This document shows, in pieces, positions 45,231 through 59,029 of a stretch of 64,000 nucleotides of DNA. The stretch lies in assembly GCA_976551045.1 (NCBI GenBank), contig CDPCPM010000074.1, positions 13,392,001-13,456,000 on the forward strand, read 5' to 3'. Below the pieces are notes generated by a model. It saw only the letters and a program-made list of their open reading frames with translations. It had not been told where the DNA came from and did no database searches. Each line of letters opens with the position of its first letter. The first letter of the stretch is position 1. This stretch comes from Glaucostegus cemiculus. Its lineage: Eukaryota. Position numbers and translations under genes: made by a program.

Positions 45231-45799
45231 TAGTTGCAGCACATGTATATGCACAGATATAACAAATACTGAGGGATTTTAAACACTTTTTGATAGAAGT
45301 ATCTGTGAGCTGGCCTGTGGCAATAATACTGTATTTACTAACTGACCACAAGATGTGTTATTAGTTGACTGTAGTTCTTTTGTGGTCTTTTGGTTCTGTA
45401 AATTAAGACATGATTAAATTAAAGTAGCTAATGAGATTAGTCTTGAGCTGTGGGAAAACAATAGAATATGAAACACAAGCTATTTAGTAAGTAACCTCAG
45501 CAGTAGATGACATCAGAGGGAGCTAAACTCCTCTTTCCAATGTCTTTCCATTAAACTTACATTCCCAAAAATGTCTTTCTTTCCTCACAAAAATATTTAC
45601 ATCAGGAGTATTTAAATGTGTCTCCCCTTCATCGTCTATTTGTTAAAGACAAATGTAAAGGCTTCCTTAAAGCTTTCATCCTACCTGTCATTTTTTAAAA
45701 AATTTCCTCCCTCTGCGCTTTTAGAAAAATGTTGTTACTGTGATCCTATACCCATGATCAAAGCATCATCACGACATCAAAAATAAAAGTGAACTCCTT

Positions 45800-47070
45800 A
45801 TTGGTCTTGGGAACTCACTGCCTCTGCAATGTCTTCCTTCTTCCTGAACTGTGGCTTTCTCTCTACCATGGTGGACAGAGCTTTCCACCACATCTCATAT
45901 TCCTGCACCTCTACTCTCACCCTCTCTTCTCCTGAATAGTGCAAGGTCCTTATCTTCCATCCCACCTGCCTCTTTATTCAATGGATCATTCTTCGGACGT
46001 TCCACCAACTCCAATAAAATTTCACCACTAATCCATGCGGAATGGATCATAGGTGTCTCGCTTCTATCCCTCGCAGACATATACAAAGACCGTTGTATGA
46101 GGAAGACCAAAAGCATAATGGCCGACCCTTCTCACCCCTCCCACCGCCTCTTTACAATTTTGCCATCAGGGAGGAGGCTTAAATGTATCAGGGCAAGAAT
46201 GACCAGGCTGAACAATAGCTTCTTTCCGCAAGCCATCAGAACTGCAATCTCTCTCATCCCTCCATCTTCCTTTGTTAACACTAAGAGATGCTAGGTGCAC
46301 AGAAATGCACCAGCACTTTAAATGTCCGACACCAGCCCGTTCACTTTAATAACTATTTATTTATTTACCGGCCATTTTTTATTTAATCTGCGTATTAATT
46401 TAATTTTAACTTCCGTAGTTTTTAATGTTTAGTGTTTTTTTAATGTTTATTCTGTTAAGTGTGTCTGTGTGTCTCTGTTGGTTGTTATTTAATGGGACGA
46501 GCACCTGAGGAGGACGGTATCTCGCTCCTATGCATACTATGTATGTATATGGTTGTGACAATAAAACTGATTCTGATTCTGATATTCCCCTTACCTCCTC
46601 TTTCAGCATTTCAAATGGATTACTCACTTCACACTCCCCTAGTCCACGTTTCTGTCTGTAACCCTAACCCAATCACTCTGTCTTTTGGCACTTTCCCATG
46701 CAACTGAGGGAGATGCAACATTTATTATTTTACTTCTCTCCTTCCTACCCTCCAGGGACTCTAGAAATCTTTTTGGGTAAAGCAGTAATTGATTTGCACT
46801 TCTTCCAATTAGTGTACTGCATTCAGTGCTCACAATGTGGTCTCCTCTACATTGGAGAAATTAAATGCAATTGGATAATTGATTTGCGGAGCACCTGCAC
46901 TCAGTCCACAGCATTCGTGACCTTGAGCTTCCAGTTGCCTGCCACTTAAGTTCGTTGTTCCATTCCTATTTTGACCTTTCTGTCTGTGGCCTCCTGCATG
47001 GTCACATTGAGGTGCAAAACAAGTTTGAGGCACAACACCTCATCTTCCATCTTACCTGCTTAACTTGTTC
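45800..47070 (+). mobile_element. Penelope-like element relic (GIY-YIG end), split by Rex1
   Basis: ORF 46698-46949 'LVYCIQCSQCGLLYIGEIK' is a GIY-YIG motif, preceded by the 'GTFPCN' Cys linker. Confidence 0.85.
46031..46583 (+). mobile_element. Rex1/Babar LINE 3' fragment nested in the Penelope
   Basis: Reads 'SIMADPSHPSHRLFTILPSGRRLKCIRARMTRLNNSFFPQAIR'. Tail GTGACAATAAAACTGATTCTGATTCTGA. Confidence 0.9.
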
Positions 47071-49189
47071 CTTTTATCAAATTCAATACTTTGATCCATC
47101 TTCAACTGCTTTAATTAAAAGGTGTTACTTTGTACAGTTGATGTATTGATCAATTCGCTTACCTTTCTGATCAGTTAGTTTGGGTCATATGCCTTCTCAA
47201 CCAATTGGACCACCATTTTCTGATTCCCTTACTTTTGACTTGATTGTTCTTACAATATTTTCAAATAGTTCTTCTGTTCTCACTAGTTTTTTACAGCACT
47301 TTTTATTTTCCGACCTGAATCAGTGCTTTCCTTGCTGCACTAGAAATATATAGATTAAGCAAGTGTCTTTTGCATTCTACATTAAGTCATGAATCTTGAT
47401 TCTAGATTCTCTAACCGTAAGCTCTTACTATGATACTCCATTACAAGATATCCAATGTGTACGGGACCTGGTTACTGAAGCAGAGATTTCTCAATATTGA
47501 CCCACTCGGTCAGTATGATTGTGGTTCATTGTAAAACTTCAGTAGGAAGTTTTTTCAATATTAATGCCAGTAAAGCATCTTGGCAACCGCACAAGAATGC
47601 TGAAAAAACAGTTAACATGCTTTGCAGATGCATCTCAACTTCCAGTTTTCAGTCACCATCCAAGCCACAAATTTCTCTAATGTGTTATAAACAACACTGA
47701 AGGAATGGTCACCTCTTGCTTTTTGAAGATACAGTTCATTAATGTTGCAACAATGACTAACCCCACATCTGCAGTCGTGCAATTTAATTTCTTCTTCAAA
47801 GACTCTCACATAGTTCTTGAGTTAGATGTTTTTAAACTAGAATTCAATGTACTTTGATTTTCACTTTCTAACTATAGTTTATGAGACTCATCAACTATGA
47901 CCAGATGCTCAATACTTTATACAGATTCTTTGATAAAATGCCACCAGCATACATCTTCATCTCAAATCAAAACTGACTGCAAATTGGTTATGACAGAAGA
48001 TTCTTACTATTTAAAATATTTTATAGAGATTTACATCTGGGCATCTAGAGTTTTTTTGTACCACTTATAACATTTAAGAAGGATGGAAGACCAAGGGAGA
48101 CCATCTGCAAAACCAGTATTTAATTTCTAGTGTTTTATGAATAACTTACAGAGACTAATTTAAAAGTAGGTCATTTCATGTGACCTACTAATGTAATAAT
48201 GTACCTTAAATGAAGTGATTATGGATAACTTGAACCTCCTGAAACTCAGGATAAGCTATAATTTTATGAAAAAAAGATGATAAACACAAATATACAGAAT
48301 TAAAGTGTACTCTGTGTTCATGTACCACTGACTAATTGTGGCCTGCAGATCAATTTATTCCTGCCTCCCATGTCTATGCATTGTGATGCGGAACTCGGGA
48401 CTCTGCTGGAGGTCAAATGCCAGCACTTCTAACATCTCCCTCCACCTCTGTCTCCCCAACAAGTCTTGGGGCCATTCCAGATGACCTTGAGCTGAGGTGC
48501 CAGATACACCTCATATTTGACTTTGTGGCTTTATACCAGCAATATTTCCTGTATCTGGCGTGGCCCCTTCTCGGATGGGAAAATTTTTTTGTTCTTTATT
48601 TTGACAATGTTTTAGAAATTATTTAAAAATATGTTTAGTTAATACACAATAGTGTTTAAAATAAATGTATCATTTTAACATATTTTCAATTAGTTAATAC
48701 GATGTCATTGTTTTTAAAATACATACTTTTTGTTATTAACTGCTGTAAACTATTCTTCCTGAATATCCTCAATCTACTTTCAGCTTTTGACCCAGTTATC
48801 CTTTCTATCCAGATCTAAAATCTGTCTCCTGTTGTACAGCTGGGTGGAACTTCTCTTTCTTAGTTCTATTCTTATTTATTGAAATATAGTCAATGAGTTA
48901 TCAATGTCTTCCATCTCCTGCAATATTTTCTTGAGTACCCCAAGGATCCATTCATGGCCCTCTTCTACCATACTTCTGGTGTACATTTCATACAAAATCA
49001 CAATACAAGGTTACACATGTGAGCAAATGACACTCAGTCCTACTGCACTTGACCATTCTGCTGCTTCAGATCTGTCACATCATTTATCTCATATCCAGTA
49101 TTGAATAAGAAAAAAAATTCTATAGCTAAATATGGGAAAGGCCGAAGTTATTGTTCTGTCCGTGCTCCCTGATTAGCATTTCCATTCCT

Positions 49190-49850
49190 GAAAACTGCCT
49201 GAAGCTGAGCCAGTCCATTCGCAACTCTGATGTTATAGCTGCCCAGAGCTGAAACTTCAGTCGTGTACCCATGCCATTACTGAGTCTGCCCATTTCCACC
49301 TCAGCCTTATTGCTCATCTTCAAATCAGCTGGTGCTGAAGCCCTCATTCTTGCCTTTCTGAGAACACGTTACGAATAAGTCTGCCACCTCCTACCTCAGA
49401 AAACTGCTCATATAAAAACCGCTTGCAACTCTTACCCGACTCCAAGTTTTGTTTACTCAAAGTGACTGTGCTAGTTGACCTACATTGGCTCTTACTAAAC
49501 AATGTCTCAACATAAAGATTCAAAACCCTTTGTTTTTCCATTTCTCAGTTGTCTTTCCTTATGTTATACCTCAGTTCTTGTCTTTTGTGTCTCTGCAATT
49601 TTAATTGATTTACCATTAATAATCAATGATATTTTCTGCTGCCTTGACTCTAAGTTTTGGAATTCCCATCCTAAACCTCTCTACCATTTCTTAAAATATA
49701 GTCATTAAAATCCACCTCCTTGACCTGTCCTTTGGTCATTTATCTGGATAACCTTTCTGTGGCTTTGTGTCAAATTCTGATAATTTTTTTCAGATAATGT
49801 TCCTATTACACATCTTGAGATTTTTCAAGGCAAAATAAATGCAAGCTGTC
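49190..49850 (+). mobile_element. Old L2-like LINE 3' fragment
   Basis: GCTGAAGCCCTCATTCTTGCCTTT, GACCTACATTGGCTC ('LHWL') and a 3' end AAATAAATGCAAG. A similar relic lies at ~51490-51900. Confidence 0.6.
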
Positions 49851-52800
49851 AGTGCTGACATGAGGTACTCTGAGATAAGGAACTCGTAGGTCAGGTATTT
49901 AGAATATAGTTACCTTTACTCCAAGTCAACAAGCAGCCTCACTCTCAAAGCAGTGGGGAACCTTCCTATTTCCTACAGTAGTTTAGTTTATGGGCTTATT
50001 TGTAACATTTCTAAAATGTAAATAAATTTGCATTTTAGGTTATGGAAACTCCAAGCATTTGTTCAGCTGTTTAAATGTGTTTTCCTTAGGAGTTGCACAC
50101 ACTGATAGAGAAAGTTCCTCTCTGTGACTGTCACCAAGATGGGTGTCAGCAGTGTTGGATAATTCCATTCCGCTCTGTTGTTTCTCTTCAAATGACCAGA
50201 TAATGACGCTGCTTTTTTGTGGTCCAGTCCTACCTATCTGAATGTAGCCAATGCATGGTTTCTATTCCTCCCCTTACATCATAAATTCTGTTCTTAGCTC
50301 CACCTCTTCCTGATCTTCATCCTGCACTTCAGTGATGCCATTTAATAGGATTAGTTTCGATGTGGAAATTAATGATATCTAGTTCTTTCCACACTTTCCG
50401 CCAATCCCAATCCACCTTTATGCTTGTGTACCATGCATTCAGCACTGAAACTTAATGCTGTTTAACATCAGAAAGGCTGAAGTTATGGAGATGAATTTTA
50501 ATTCCTTTATGGGATTTAGGAATGGATGGGAGATTAACTGTTGAAAGTGACCATATCAGGAAGCAATCTCCAACTGCTGACACCCATATCTAGCTCAGGC
50601 TCATCAGACTGTGTGGTAGCAATTACCTCAGGAAAGACAGATTGTCAATTTCAATTTGTTAATAGCTCATTAAAAATAACATTAGCATGAGTTCGGAACT
50701 GTAACTGAATGTCCATGGGTTTCCAGGCTTTCTGGAACTCATCAGTCAAAGCAAAGAGTGTTGAACAGGTGTCAAGCAAATCTAAGAATGAGAAATACAA
50801 CTACATAGCTGATTCCTTATGCAACTTACAAATGTTCTGTTCAAAGAATTTCTGGAGAGGGATTGACAAGCAATGGGTGTAGCTGTGAAGTGAGTTGGTG
50901 TGAGAAGGCTAGAGAACGGGTTTATGATGGCAGACCAAAGGAATTACATAATATTCAACACTAGGATCAGGTTAATGTGTGACTCTTTTCACCATTCCTT
51001 TTCTCATGAGGTACTGAATCCAGGAGTGCAGGATCATGCTTCCACTGCTAACTTTCAGGGCTACCTCTAGTCATGCTTTATCCTCCTGTCTGCTAGAAGA
51101 TGGTGTTCCCGCAACTTCTCACAGCCTACAGTGTGAAATCCAGTGAGGAACTCTTAGATCTAGGTGCACCTTTGACTTTGCCACAAGGCACTTTCTTCAT
51201 TCCTTTTGCTGTGCAGCTAATGCAGAATCCATTAATTACTGTATTTGCAATGTCTCTTTAAATATTGGAGATGAAATTGAGTTGGGTACATTGTCTTCAG
51301 GCCTGATGTACCTAACATGCTGTGAAACCCAGAAAGAATATCTTAATACAGTGTCTGCAATAAAAGATATTGTAACATGTACTGGGCTTTCCAAGTAGTA
51401 TCAGAACCCTGAAACAATATTAAAGTTGAGCCAGTTATATTTGTTCTCAGCTATAAACCTTATTCTCTTTTCAATGATTCCTTGTGCCTCCCTGAATAAT
51501 CACACCCTGAAAAACTTGGTGTTCTCCTCAACTCAGAGCTAAGCTTCAACCTCCAGAAGTTTACCATCACCAAGTCTATTCTTGTATCTACCTGTCTTCA
51601 CCCCCAGTCTCAGTCTCTCTGCCAGTAGATCTTCCTTGCATCTTTTTGCACCTCCAGCTTAGGTATCTGTAGCATTTCCAATCTACACCAACGTCTATTT
51701 ATCCAAAATTTAATGGCCCTGTAATGTCCCTCACAGTCAACTTATTTGTCCTTGTCCTCCAACAAAATAAATCTCAGATCCATATCTCTCAACACCTGTC
51801 ACAGATTCATTCTGTCCAATCTGTACCATTTCCTCCAGCTATACATTGACTTTAGCAACTTACAATCTTTTGACTTTGCATTCATTATCCCTTTGTCCCA
51901 TCATATCAGAAAACAATAATTGGTGAGCAATAAGTCTTCAAGGTCTGATGGGAGTTTGGAGAAAAGTTTGACCTTTAGTGGTGTTGTGATACAGCTTCCT
52001 AGTTGAATAGAAAAGGTTTACCTAAACTGATCCTGTTAGTTTCTCGCTAGGCAGGTTAGGCTTAAATGATTTTACTCTTGTGAGTTGGGTTTGAGTTATA
52101 AGGAAAGACTCAAGCAGGTTTGGATCTTTCATCCTATCTAGATGGCTAGAGATCATAGCAGAGATAGGGAAGACAAAGCAAGAAAGGATTTGAAACCAGG
52201 GATGCAAAATTTTAAGCTGGCATTGTCACCTATTATGTTCTCCAGCAACTTTCTTTTCTAATCTGTTTAGTCTGTTTTTCCACTTGAAAATTACTTCCAA
52301 TAATGTCTAGACTAAATACAGTGATGCTATTTGATGGAGGCAGGTCAGAAATATACACCTACAGAAGCTGAACTAGTCATGGAGTCCTTTGAGGTTCAGA
52401 ATGGCCTTCAGTTAAATACCTAATTACAATGCAACATGGATGTATCATTTAACTAAGGTACTCTGAGAAGTTTTCTCAGCTTCATCCTTAATAGTTGTTA
52501 ACCATCATTAAGAACAAAGTAATAATCACAACTGCATAGTATTTTGATGCCACAATATTAATGTAAAATGACTACCCACAGTTCAGAGTACCTGAATAAT
52601 GAAACTAATTCATTTTTGTTAAAATAGTTCCAGTTTTTTTTATATACAGTATTACCTTACACTAGGTTAGTAGATAAGAAATATGGCACATTTAATCAGG
52701 ATAGCTATGAGACACTGAGTCAAAATGAGTGAAAACTATGATAAATCCACATTTTGAGGAACTGAAATGGGAGATGTCGGTAAGGGTTAGGGTGAAGGGA

Positions 52801-52884
52801 GCAAGAAAGACATCCATGGCTAGGAAAATAAACCTTGGTCATACAGAGAATTCTGGGTGAGATAGAGACACGAGAAAAACAGTG

Positions 52885-53220
52885 CAGGCAGTCCCCGGAT
52901 TACATAAGGGTTCTGTTCCTGAGAACTGTCTGTAAGCCGATTTCTTCACAAGTCAAAAATGTCTATTTTCTATAGCTATCTATCTCAAATTGCTCTACAC
53001 ACACTTCCTATAATTCTTTCATTTCATTGAATAATCACCCTAACACTACCCACAATTAAACCAATGGACTACATCTACTGTATCCAATCATTAATGAATA
53101 CCATGAAATATTTTGTAATTGTTATTAGTAGCTTGAAAAATACTTTAAAAATGTATGGAAGAATTTGTGCAAAGTTGGTTTTCTGTAAGTCAGGTCATTT
53201 GGTACCCTGGGGAACCCCCG
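52885..53220. mobile_element. Tigger-like MITE
   Basis: Imperfect TIRs CAGGCAGTCCCCGGATTAC and revcomp CGGGGGTTCCCCAGGGTAC; TA after the right end; AT-rich interior. Confidence 0.6.
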
Positions 53221-54185
53221 TATAATGAATACTCTAAAATTTCCACGAAGAGACACCACATAATCCTTTTCCAGTAATGCTTCTTATCATGGCCATGGCT
53301 GCCCTCATTGTCAGTAAGGACCAACACAAGCTTTTCCACAGAGGACAGGATCTAGAAGAAGGTTCGGCCATCGATAATCACCAACACTTGCTTTATGTTG
53401 TACATGATCTTTTCCTCAAGAAAGAAGAGATTTTGTTTATTGTTCCCTTCTAAGATGCTTGGAAAATGTGCCTGTCCTGGTTAAGCAGAGCTGAGTGATT
53501 GAGTGCAGGATGTATGGTGAAGCGGCTGATGTAATTGTACAGACAACAGAAAGTTTATACTCATTGATAGGAGGTGAAAAAAGTGCAGTGTTGTGGTTGC
53601 AGTGATTAACAGGAGAGTGAATAGAAGCATTGAAGGAGGTGCTGTGAATAGTTAAGCTGTAAGTGTTGATGATGTGATCAGAGTAAAGAGAGCAGTATCC
53701 TTATCTTGACAACTTTAGTGTAGCCACAGATCTGCATCTTGTATTGCAGCTATATCCTGGGAGCTAAGATCCCAACATTAACTTTCTCTTTGTTTGTGGA
53801 ATGCCTTCTTATCTCTTTTGGGTAACAGAATACCCAACTCCTGACCAGAACCTGGACCAGGGCCTCCAAATTGGTACTGGAGAAACTTAGGGGAGGGAGG
53901 TGGGGAGGCAGGGGAGGGTCCAATCTGCCAGTTATACCAGTATTTCTTTCTTCAGAATATTCACTGACGTCAGCAGCCAAAATCCCCTTTCCTCTTGAGG
54001 TGCTGGTTGCATTTAAGTGCACAGCAAAAATCAGTGCATCAACTTCATTTCAACAGGCCATATTCTTTAAGCTATTGTTTTTCCAAGATCTCCCTAAGTG
54101 GCTATCAAAGATTTTTTTTTAATATATGATCTTTTTTACTATCTTTTCCTATGTACCCTTGGACATTGTGGAAATTGTCCTCCAT

Positions 54186-55610
54186 TGTAGCAAAGAAATT
54201 GCTGGGACCCTGGCAGAGATCAGCTTTAGCACTGGTGAGGTACCGAAAGACTGGAGGGTGGCTAATGTTGTGCCTTTATTTAAGAAAGGTTGCAAGGACA
54301 AACCAGGGCACTACAGGCCAGTGAGCCTAACATCAGTGGTGGAAAGGTTACAGGAGGGGTTTCTGAGAGATAGAATATACTTGCATTTGGAAATGCAAGG
54401 ACACAAGACTTTGCGTGTGGGAAATTATGTCCCAGGAATTTGATTGAGTTTTTTTTTGAAGAGGTGACCAAGAGGATTGACAAGACCATAGCAGCAGACA
54501 TTGTTTACATGTAAGGCTTTTGACAAGGTCCTGCACAGTAGGCTGGCCTAGAAGGTTAGATCACATGGGATCCAAGGTGAGCTAGCCAATTGGATACAAA
54601 ATTGACAGTGGTAGGAGTCAGAGGGTGGTAGTGGAGGGTTGTTTTTCAGATTGGAGGCTATGGATTACATGGATCAGTGTTGGGTCCATCGTTGTTTGTC
54701 ATCTGTATTAATGATTTGGATGTAGTTGGCATAGTAAGTAAGTTTGTGGATGACACCAAAATTGGTTGTTCAGTGGACAGTGGAGAAGGTTATCTGAGAC
54801 TACAAAAGGATCTGGATTATCTGGGAATGTGGGCCAAGGAATGGCGGATGGGATTTAATTCAGACAAATGTGAAGGGTTACACTCGTTAAATTAAACCGG
54901 GCAGAACTTGCACAGTAAATGACAGGGTCCTGGAAAGTGTTGTAGAACAGGGAGACCTAGGGGTACAAGTGCATAGTCCCTGAAAGCGGTGACAAAGGTA
55001 GACAGAGTGGTGAAGACGTTTGGCAAGTTTGCTTTCGTTGGTCAGGGCACTGAGTACAGGAATTGCGATGTCATCTTGCAACTGTACAAGATGTTGGTGA
55101 GACCATGATTGGAGTATTGTATCCAGTTCTGGTTATCTAGCTGTAGGAAGGATGTCATTAAGATGGAAAGAGTGCAGAAAACATTCACAAGGATGTTAGT
55201 GGGACTAGAGGGTTTGAGTTATAAGGAGAGGCTGGGTAGACTGGGGCTTTTTCCCTGCCTGTAAGAGGCTGAGGGATGACCTTATATATAAAATCATGAG
55301 GAGCATCGATAAGGTGAATGGTCACAGTCTTTTTCTCTGGGTGAGGGTGGGGGTGGGTCTAAAACTAGAGGGTATATGTTTAAGGTGAGAGGGGGAAAAC
55401 TTAAAAGTGACCCGAGGGGCAACTTTTTCAGCACAGAGAGTGGTATATGGAACAAACTGCCAGAGGAAGCAGTAGAGGTAGGTACAATTATAAACTTTAA
55501 AAGGCATTTGGACAGGCACATGGATAGGAAAGGAAACTTGGTTGGCGTAGACAGGTTGGGCTGAAGGGCCCGGTTCTGCACTGTAAAACTTTATGACTTT
55601 ATGTCTCTAT
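54186..55610 (+). mobile_element. CR1 LINE, 5'-truncated and decayed
   Basis: 'VPKDWRVANVVPLFKKG..YRPVSLTS' and 'KFVDDTKIG'. Tail ACTTTATGACTTTATG. Confidence 0.92.
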
Positions 55611-56744
55611 AATAATTTCTTTGGTGTTTAAAGATAACAAGTTTATAAAAGCCTCGTGTCACCATGCAGCATTTGTATAGAAATGAAATTAAATGACATG
55701 CAAGATAATGCAAACTGATTATGTGAAGACTTTTTTTTATCTCTGCATGTTATCATGTGTTATATTGCCAAGGTCTGCAGTTTCCACCATCTGACAGGAT
55801 AAAGCACACTGTCTGCAGCCTAATCTACAATTTATGTTAATACTGTTCCATTATCAACTGATTAGGAGTGTGCTTAAATCTGTACCATTCACTCCCTCAC
55901 TCTTCAACTGAAACCTGATACGGTGCTATATTTAGTGGCCAGGCCCCTCTAAACTGAAACAGAGTGTTTAAAGCTCAATGGATAAAAATTAAATAAAAGT
56001 CACCATATTCTTATATTAGTGTGCACACTGTACAGCTCCCAAATTAAACATGATCATACAATAACCAATTCTTAATGTTTCTTAGTAAAGCTTTGATTGC
56101 TGTTTTCTACCAAACCACATAAACAGGTAAACAATTTATCTAAGTGCTTTCCATCTCCTACTGCTTTATAGAGCAAGAAAAAATTATATACATAACTTCC
56201 AGATGTTCCAAAATGGTTATTTCATTCAGTTTATTATATCCTGTGTATTCAGTATATTTTGTCCTGTCTGCACTCAGCCTAACGGAATGACACCTTATTT
56301 GGAAATAAATGAGAATGATTCAAATAGTATGTAACATTTCAATCAATTACTTCAAATCAGCTGTATTAGCAAGCTACACCTGAGAAAAAAAACACTAACA
56401 CAAACAAAGTTGGAACAAAACTATATATATTTATCACACAATGTTAGTTATCCTTAGGAACTGTAATGGGAGAGAATGGATCTGTCTGATGATAATCAGG
56501 TATGACAGAACCAAGTTGTTGTTCCATCATCATGCCAACAAATTAAGTTATGACAACATAAGAAAACAGGAGCAGGAATAGGTAGTTGGATAAGTTATTG
56601 CTTGTTACTGTCCCACTGGAACCAAACTAGCTCCCATGCAAATAAAACTATTTCTGTAAATTTGCTTTTGTAGGACCCCTACATACAAAATATCCATTTA
56701 GATATAGGCAGTAATACTAATTTACATCTCATTGTTCAGCTTAC

Positions 56745-56811
56745 CTACTTCATCCCTGATATGAGCAAGCTCAATGGAGAGTTCTTTCTCTTTGATAAGG
56801 GCACTTCCATT
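56745..56811 (-). CDS. MTUS2: MTUS2 coding exon (67 bp)
   Basis: tttgcag|AAT...GTAG|gtaag; NGSALIKEKELSIELAHIRDEV. Confidence 0.95.
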
Positions 56812-57688
56812 CTGCAAATAGGGACAAGAAAATTTAAAAAAAAGTGAGGAACTGCCATAAGAGAGCAATTTTAATCCAGCATGCTCAGTAAACACAATGA
56901 TACTTTCTATAACAGACAAGTACTCACAGTCTAGCAGAGATGAAAACTTAACCCTCTGTATTCTATTCTGAGTTAAGCGTAGAACTAATTACAAACACAA
57001 TTTCCTGAAGATTTCATTTAATGCATTATCTACATTGATTTTGGTGACCTAATTTTCAACACAAGAGAAAAGCATTAGGAATTACTGTTTATTGAATCTG
57101 AAGGTATCTATTCAGAAAAATGTGTATGCAAAATTACCTCAGTGCTGTGAAACATTTAATGCTTGTACAAAGTTAATATATTACAAATTTAATAACTATT
57201 TTCAAGTCTAAAATCAACCAAAATGATGCTGTGTTACCATGGAAAGCCAGCAACCTGAGAGTGAGAAACTAACTTCAAGAGGTATTGAAAAGCTACTTCA
57301 CTTATTTCCCTCTCTCATTCAAATAAAAAACAGCTGTGGCAGTGCAACATTACTAATACGTAGACTAAAACTGTGAATAAACAAAATATTTGGGGTTGCT
57401 CCTCATTATAATGCCATTTCTTTAAGACGATAAATGGCCAGTTTAAGTTATTATCTTCGTCAGAGTTGTGAACTGAACTGCACCTTGGAGTTTATCCTCT
57501 ATCTTCAATATTCACAATATAATAATGTTAAGTTATAAGACTATTGCAAAATAAGTACATTTTCTTGCCATTAAACACTTTGAAAATCATAACACTAGTT
57601 CCTAAATCATTTTAACTTCGGAAGCACCATGACTTTAATCGTCACCCTGTGACAGTTGCACAAAAAGAAAGAATGGAAGTTAAATTAC

Positions 57689-57742
57689 CCTCTTGTCCAG
57701 ACAACCAAAGCAGTAATGCAGCTTGCAACAGCAATGGCCCAT
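57689..57742 (-). CDS. MTUS2: First coding exon of the short MTUS2 isoform (MGHCCCKLHYCFGCLDKR)
   Basis: Good Kozak context (AGGATGG), 18 codons, then AGG|gtaat. The phase 0 donor matches the 56811 acceptor. It resembles the MGHCCCK.. start of the mammalian short isoform, from recall. Confidence 0.88.
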
Positions 57743-58330
57743 CCTAGCAGGCTTGGTGATACACAAGCCTGCTTCATTCAATCGGTCTTCTCACAGGTCC
57801 TTTGCTGCAATGATTTTTAGTAAATGCTGCACACTGGCAACAGCTACCCCTACCTATATGTGACACTAAGAACTACCTTATTCTTCTTAATATTTCCAGA
57901 AACACAGAGAGGGAGACGAGGATACAGGAAGATTATCAACATCCTGCTGAAGGGGAAGTTACTGTGCCAGTGTAAGCTGCGTCAGAATGAGGCTGATCAA
58001 TACTCACACTATGGGTATGATGCTGATTCCATCATTCTTAAAGCTGACAACGTTATGGCACTGTGGCGATTTGTTAATGTAACGCGCAGAAAAATGAAGA
58101 AAACCTATTGCAGTGTAAAAATGATTAATTATATTATAGAAATGATTCACTACCATCATAGCATAGCTACATTCCTGCTAGCTGGTTGAAGCTGCTATCT
58201 GGCTGTTTAAAATAGATCTTATTTTTTAAAGTCACATTTTGTTGTGCAGCCACTAGCTTTATTGTGGTAATGGGTGGGATTACAATAATTCAAACCCAGA
58301 TATAATCAAGATATCTCTATTTAGACTGTA
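57743..58330 (-). promoter_or_regulatory. Putative internal promoter / 5' UTR of the short MTUS2 isoform
   Basis: Repeat-free stretch directly upstream of the ATG exon. Contains CRE-like TGACGCA (~57978-57984), a near-MEF2 CTATTTTAAA (58206-58215) and a possible UTR donor gtgagt at ~58007. Confidence 0.4.
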
Positions 58331-59029
58331 AATAAGAAATAAAGCAGTACTGCAGAGTAAGTAAATCAATTCAGTTCTGTTTTCTCACTTTGTGTCCCTT
58401 TTAAGGTTATAAAAGGGAAAATAATGGAAATATAAAGCATAATACATCAGAATTTGAGAAATTAATATCTCACAGAATCCTTTTCTTACAATTGACCTCT
58501 GCCTAAAATATCAGGTTGTCTTTTCCTTTTACAGATGTTGATGTATTACTTCAGATCTACAACATTCATACTTTATTTCTCTTTATCTCCAGCTGAGCTG
58601 AATATAGCAATACTGAAATAAATGTTCATCATGATAAAGAAAATTAACTTTAAAGGTACAGCATAATAAAGGAGGAAATTGGGACCAGGAGAAAATAATG
58701 GGCAGAATGGAGGTGCATTCATGCTATCAGCTCCCACCAGGGTCAGATGTGAAGAGCTGAACATGTGACTCTATTCCTAGGGGGATGGGCAGTGAGATAT
58801 GGTGAGGCCTCAGTTAATATATGCCTGAGGCCCCAACTTCCTAACGCCCTGATAGCATTTGATAGGAGGAAAGGTTAGAGGTACGTCTGCCAAGTGTGGA
58901 AGACAATATTTAACAATTTTTGATCTTCAGAAATTTTTTTTTAAGATTCATTTTCAGGATCTGGGCCCATGTCTAATAAGCTAGCATTAAAAGTTATTAA
59001 GAATGCTGTGAACAATTAAGATGCACATT

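Noticed and set aside
57824-58189. 121-aa + strand ORF antisense to the MTUS2 promoter
   Set aside because: No recognisable homology or splice support; the length is compatible with chance.
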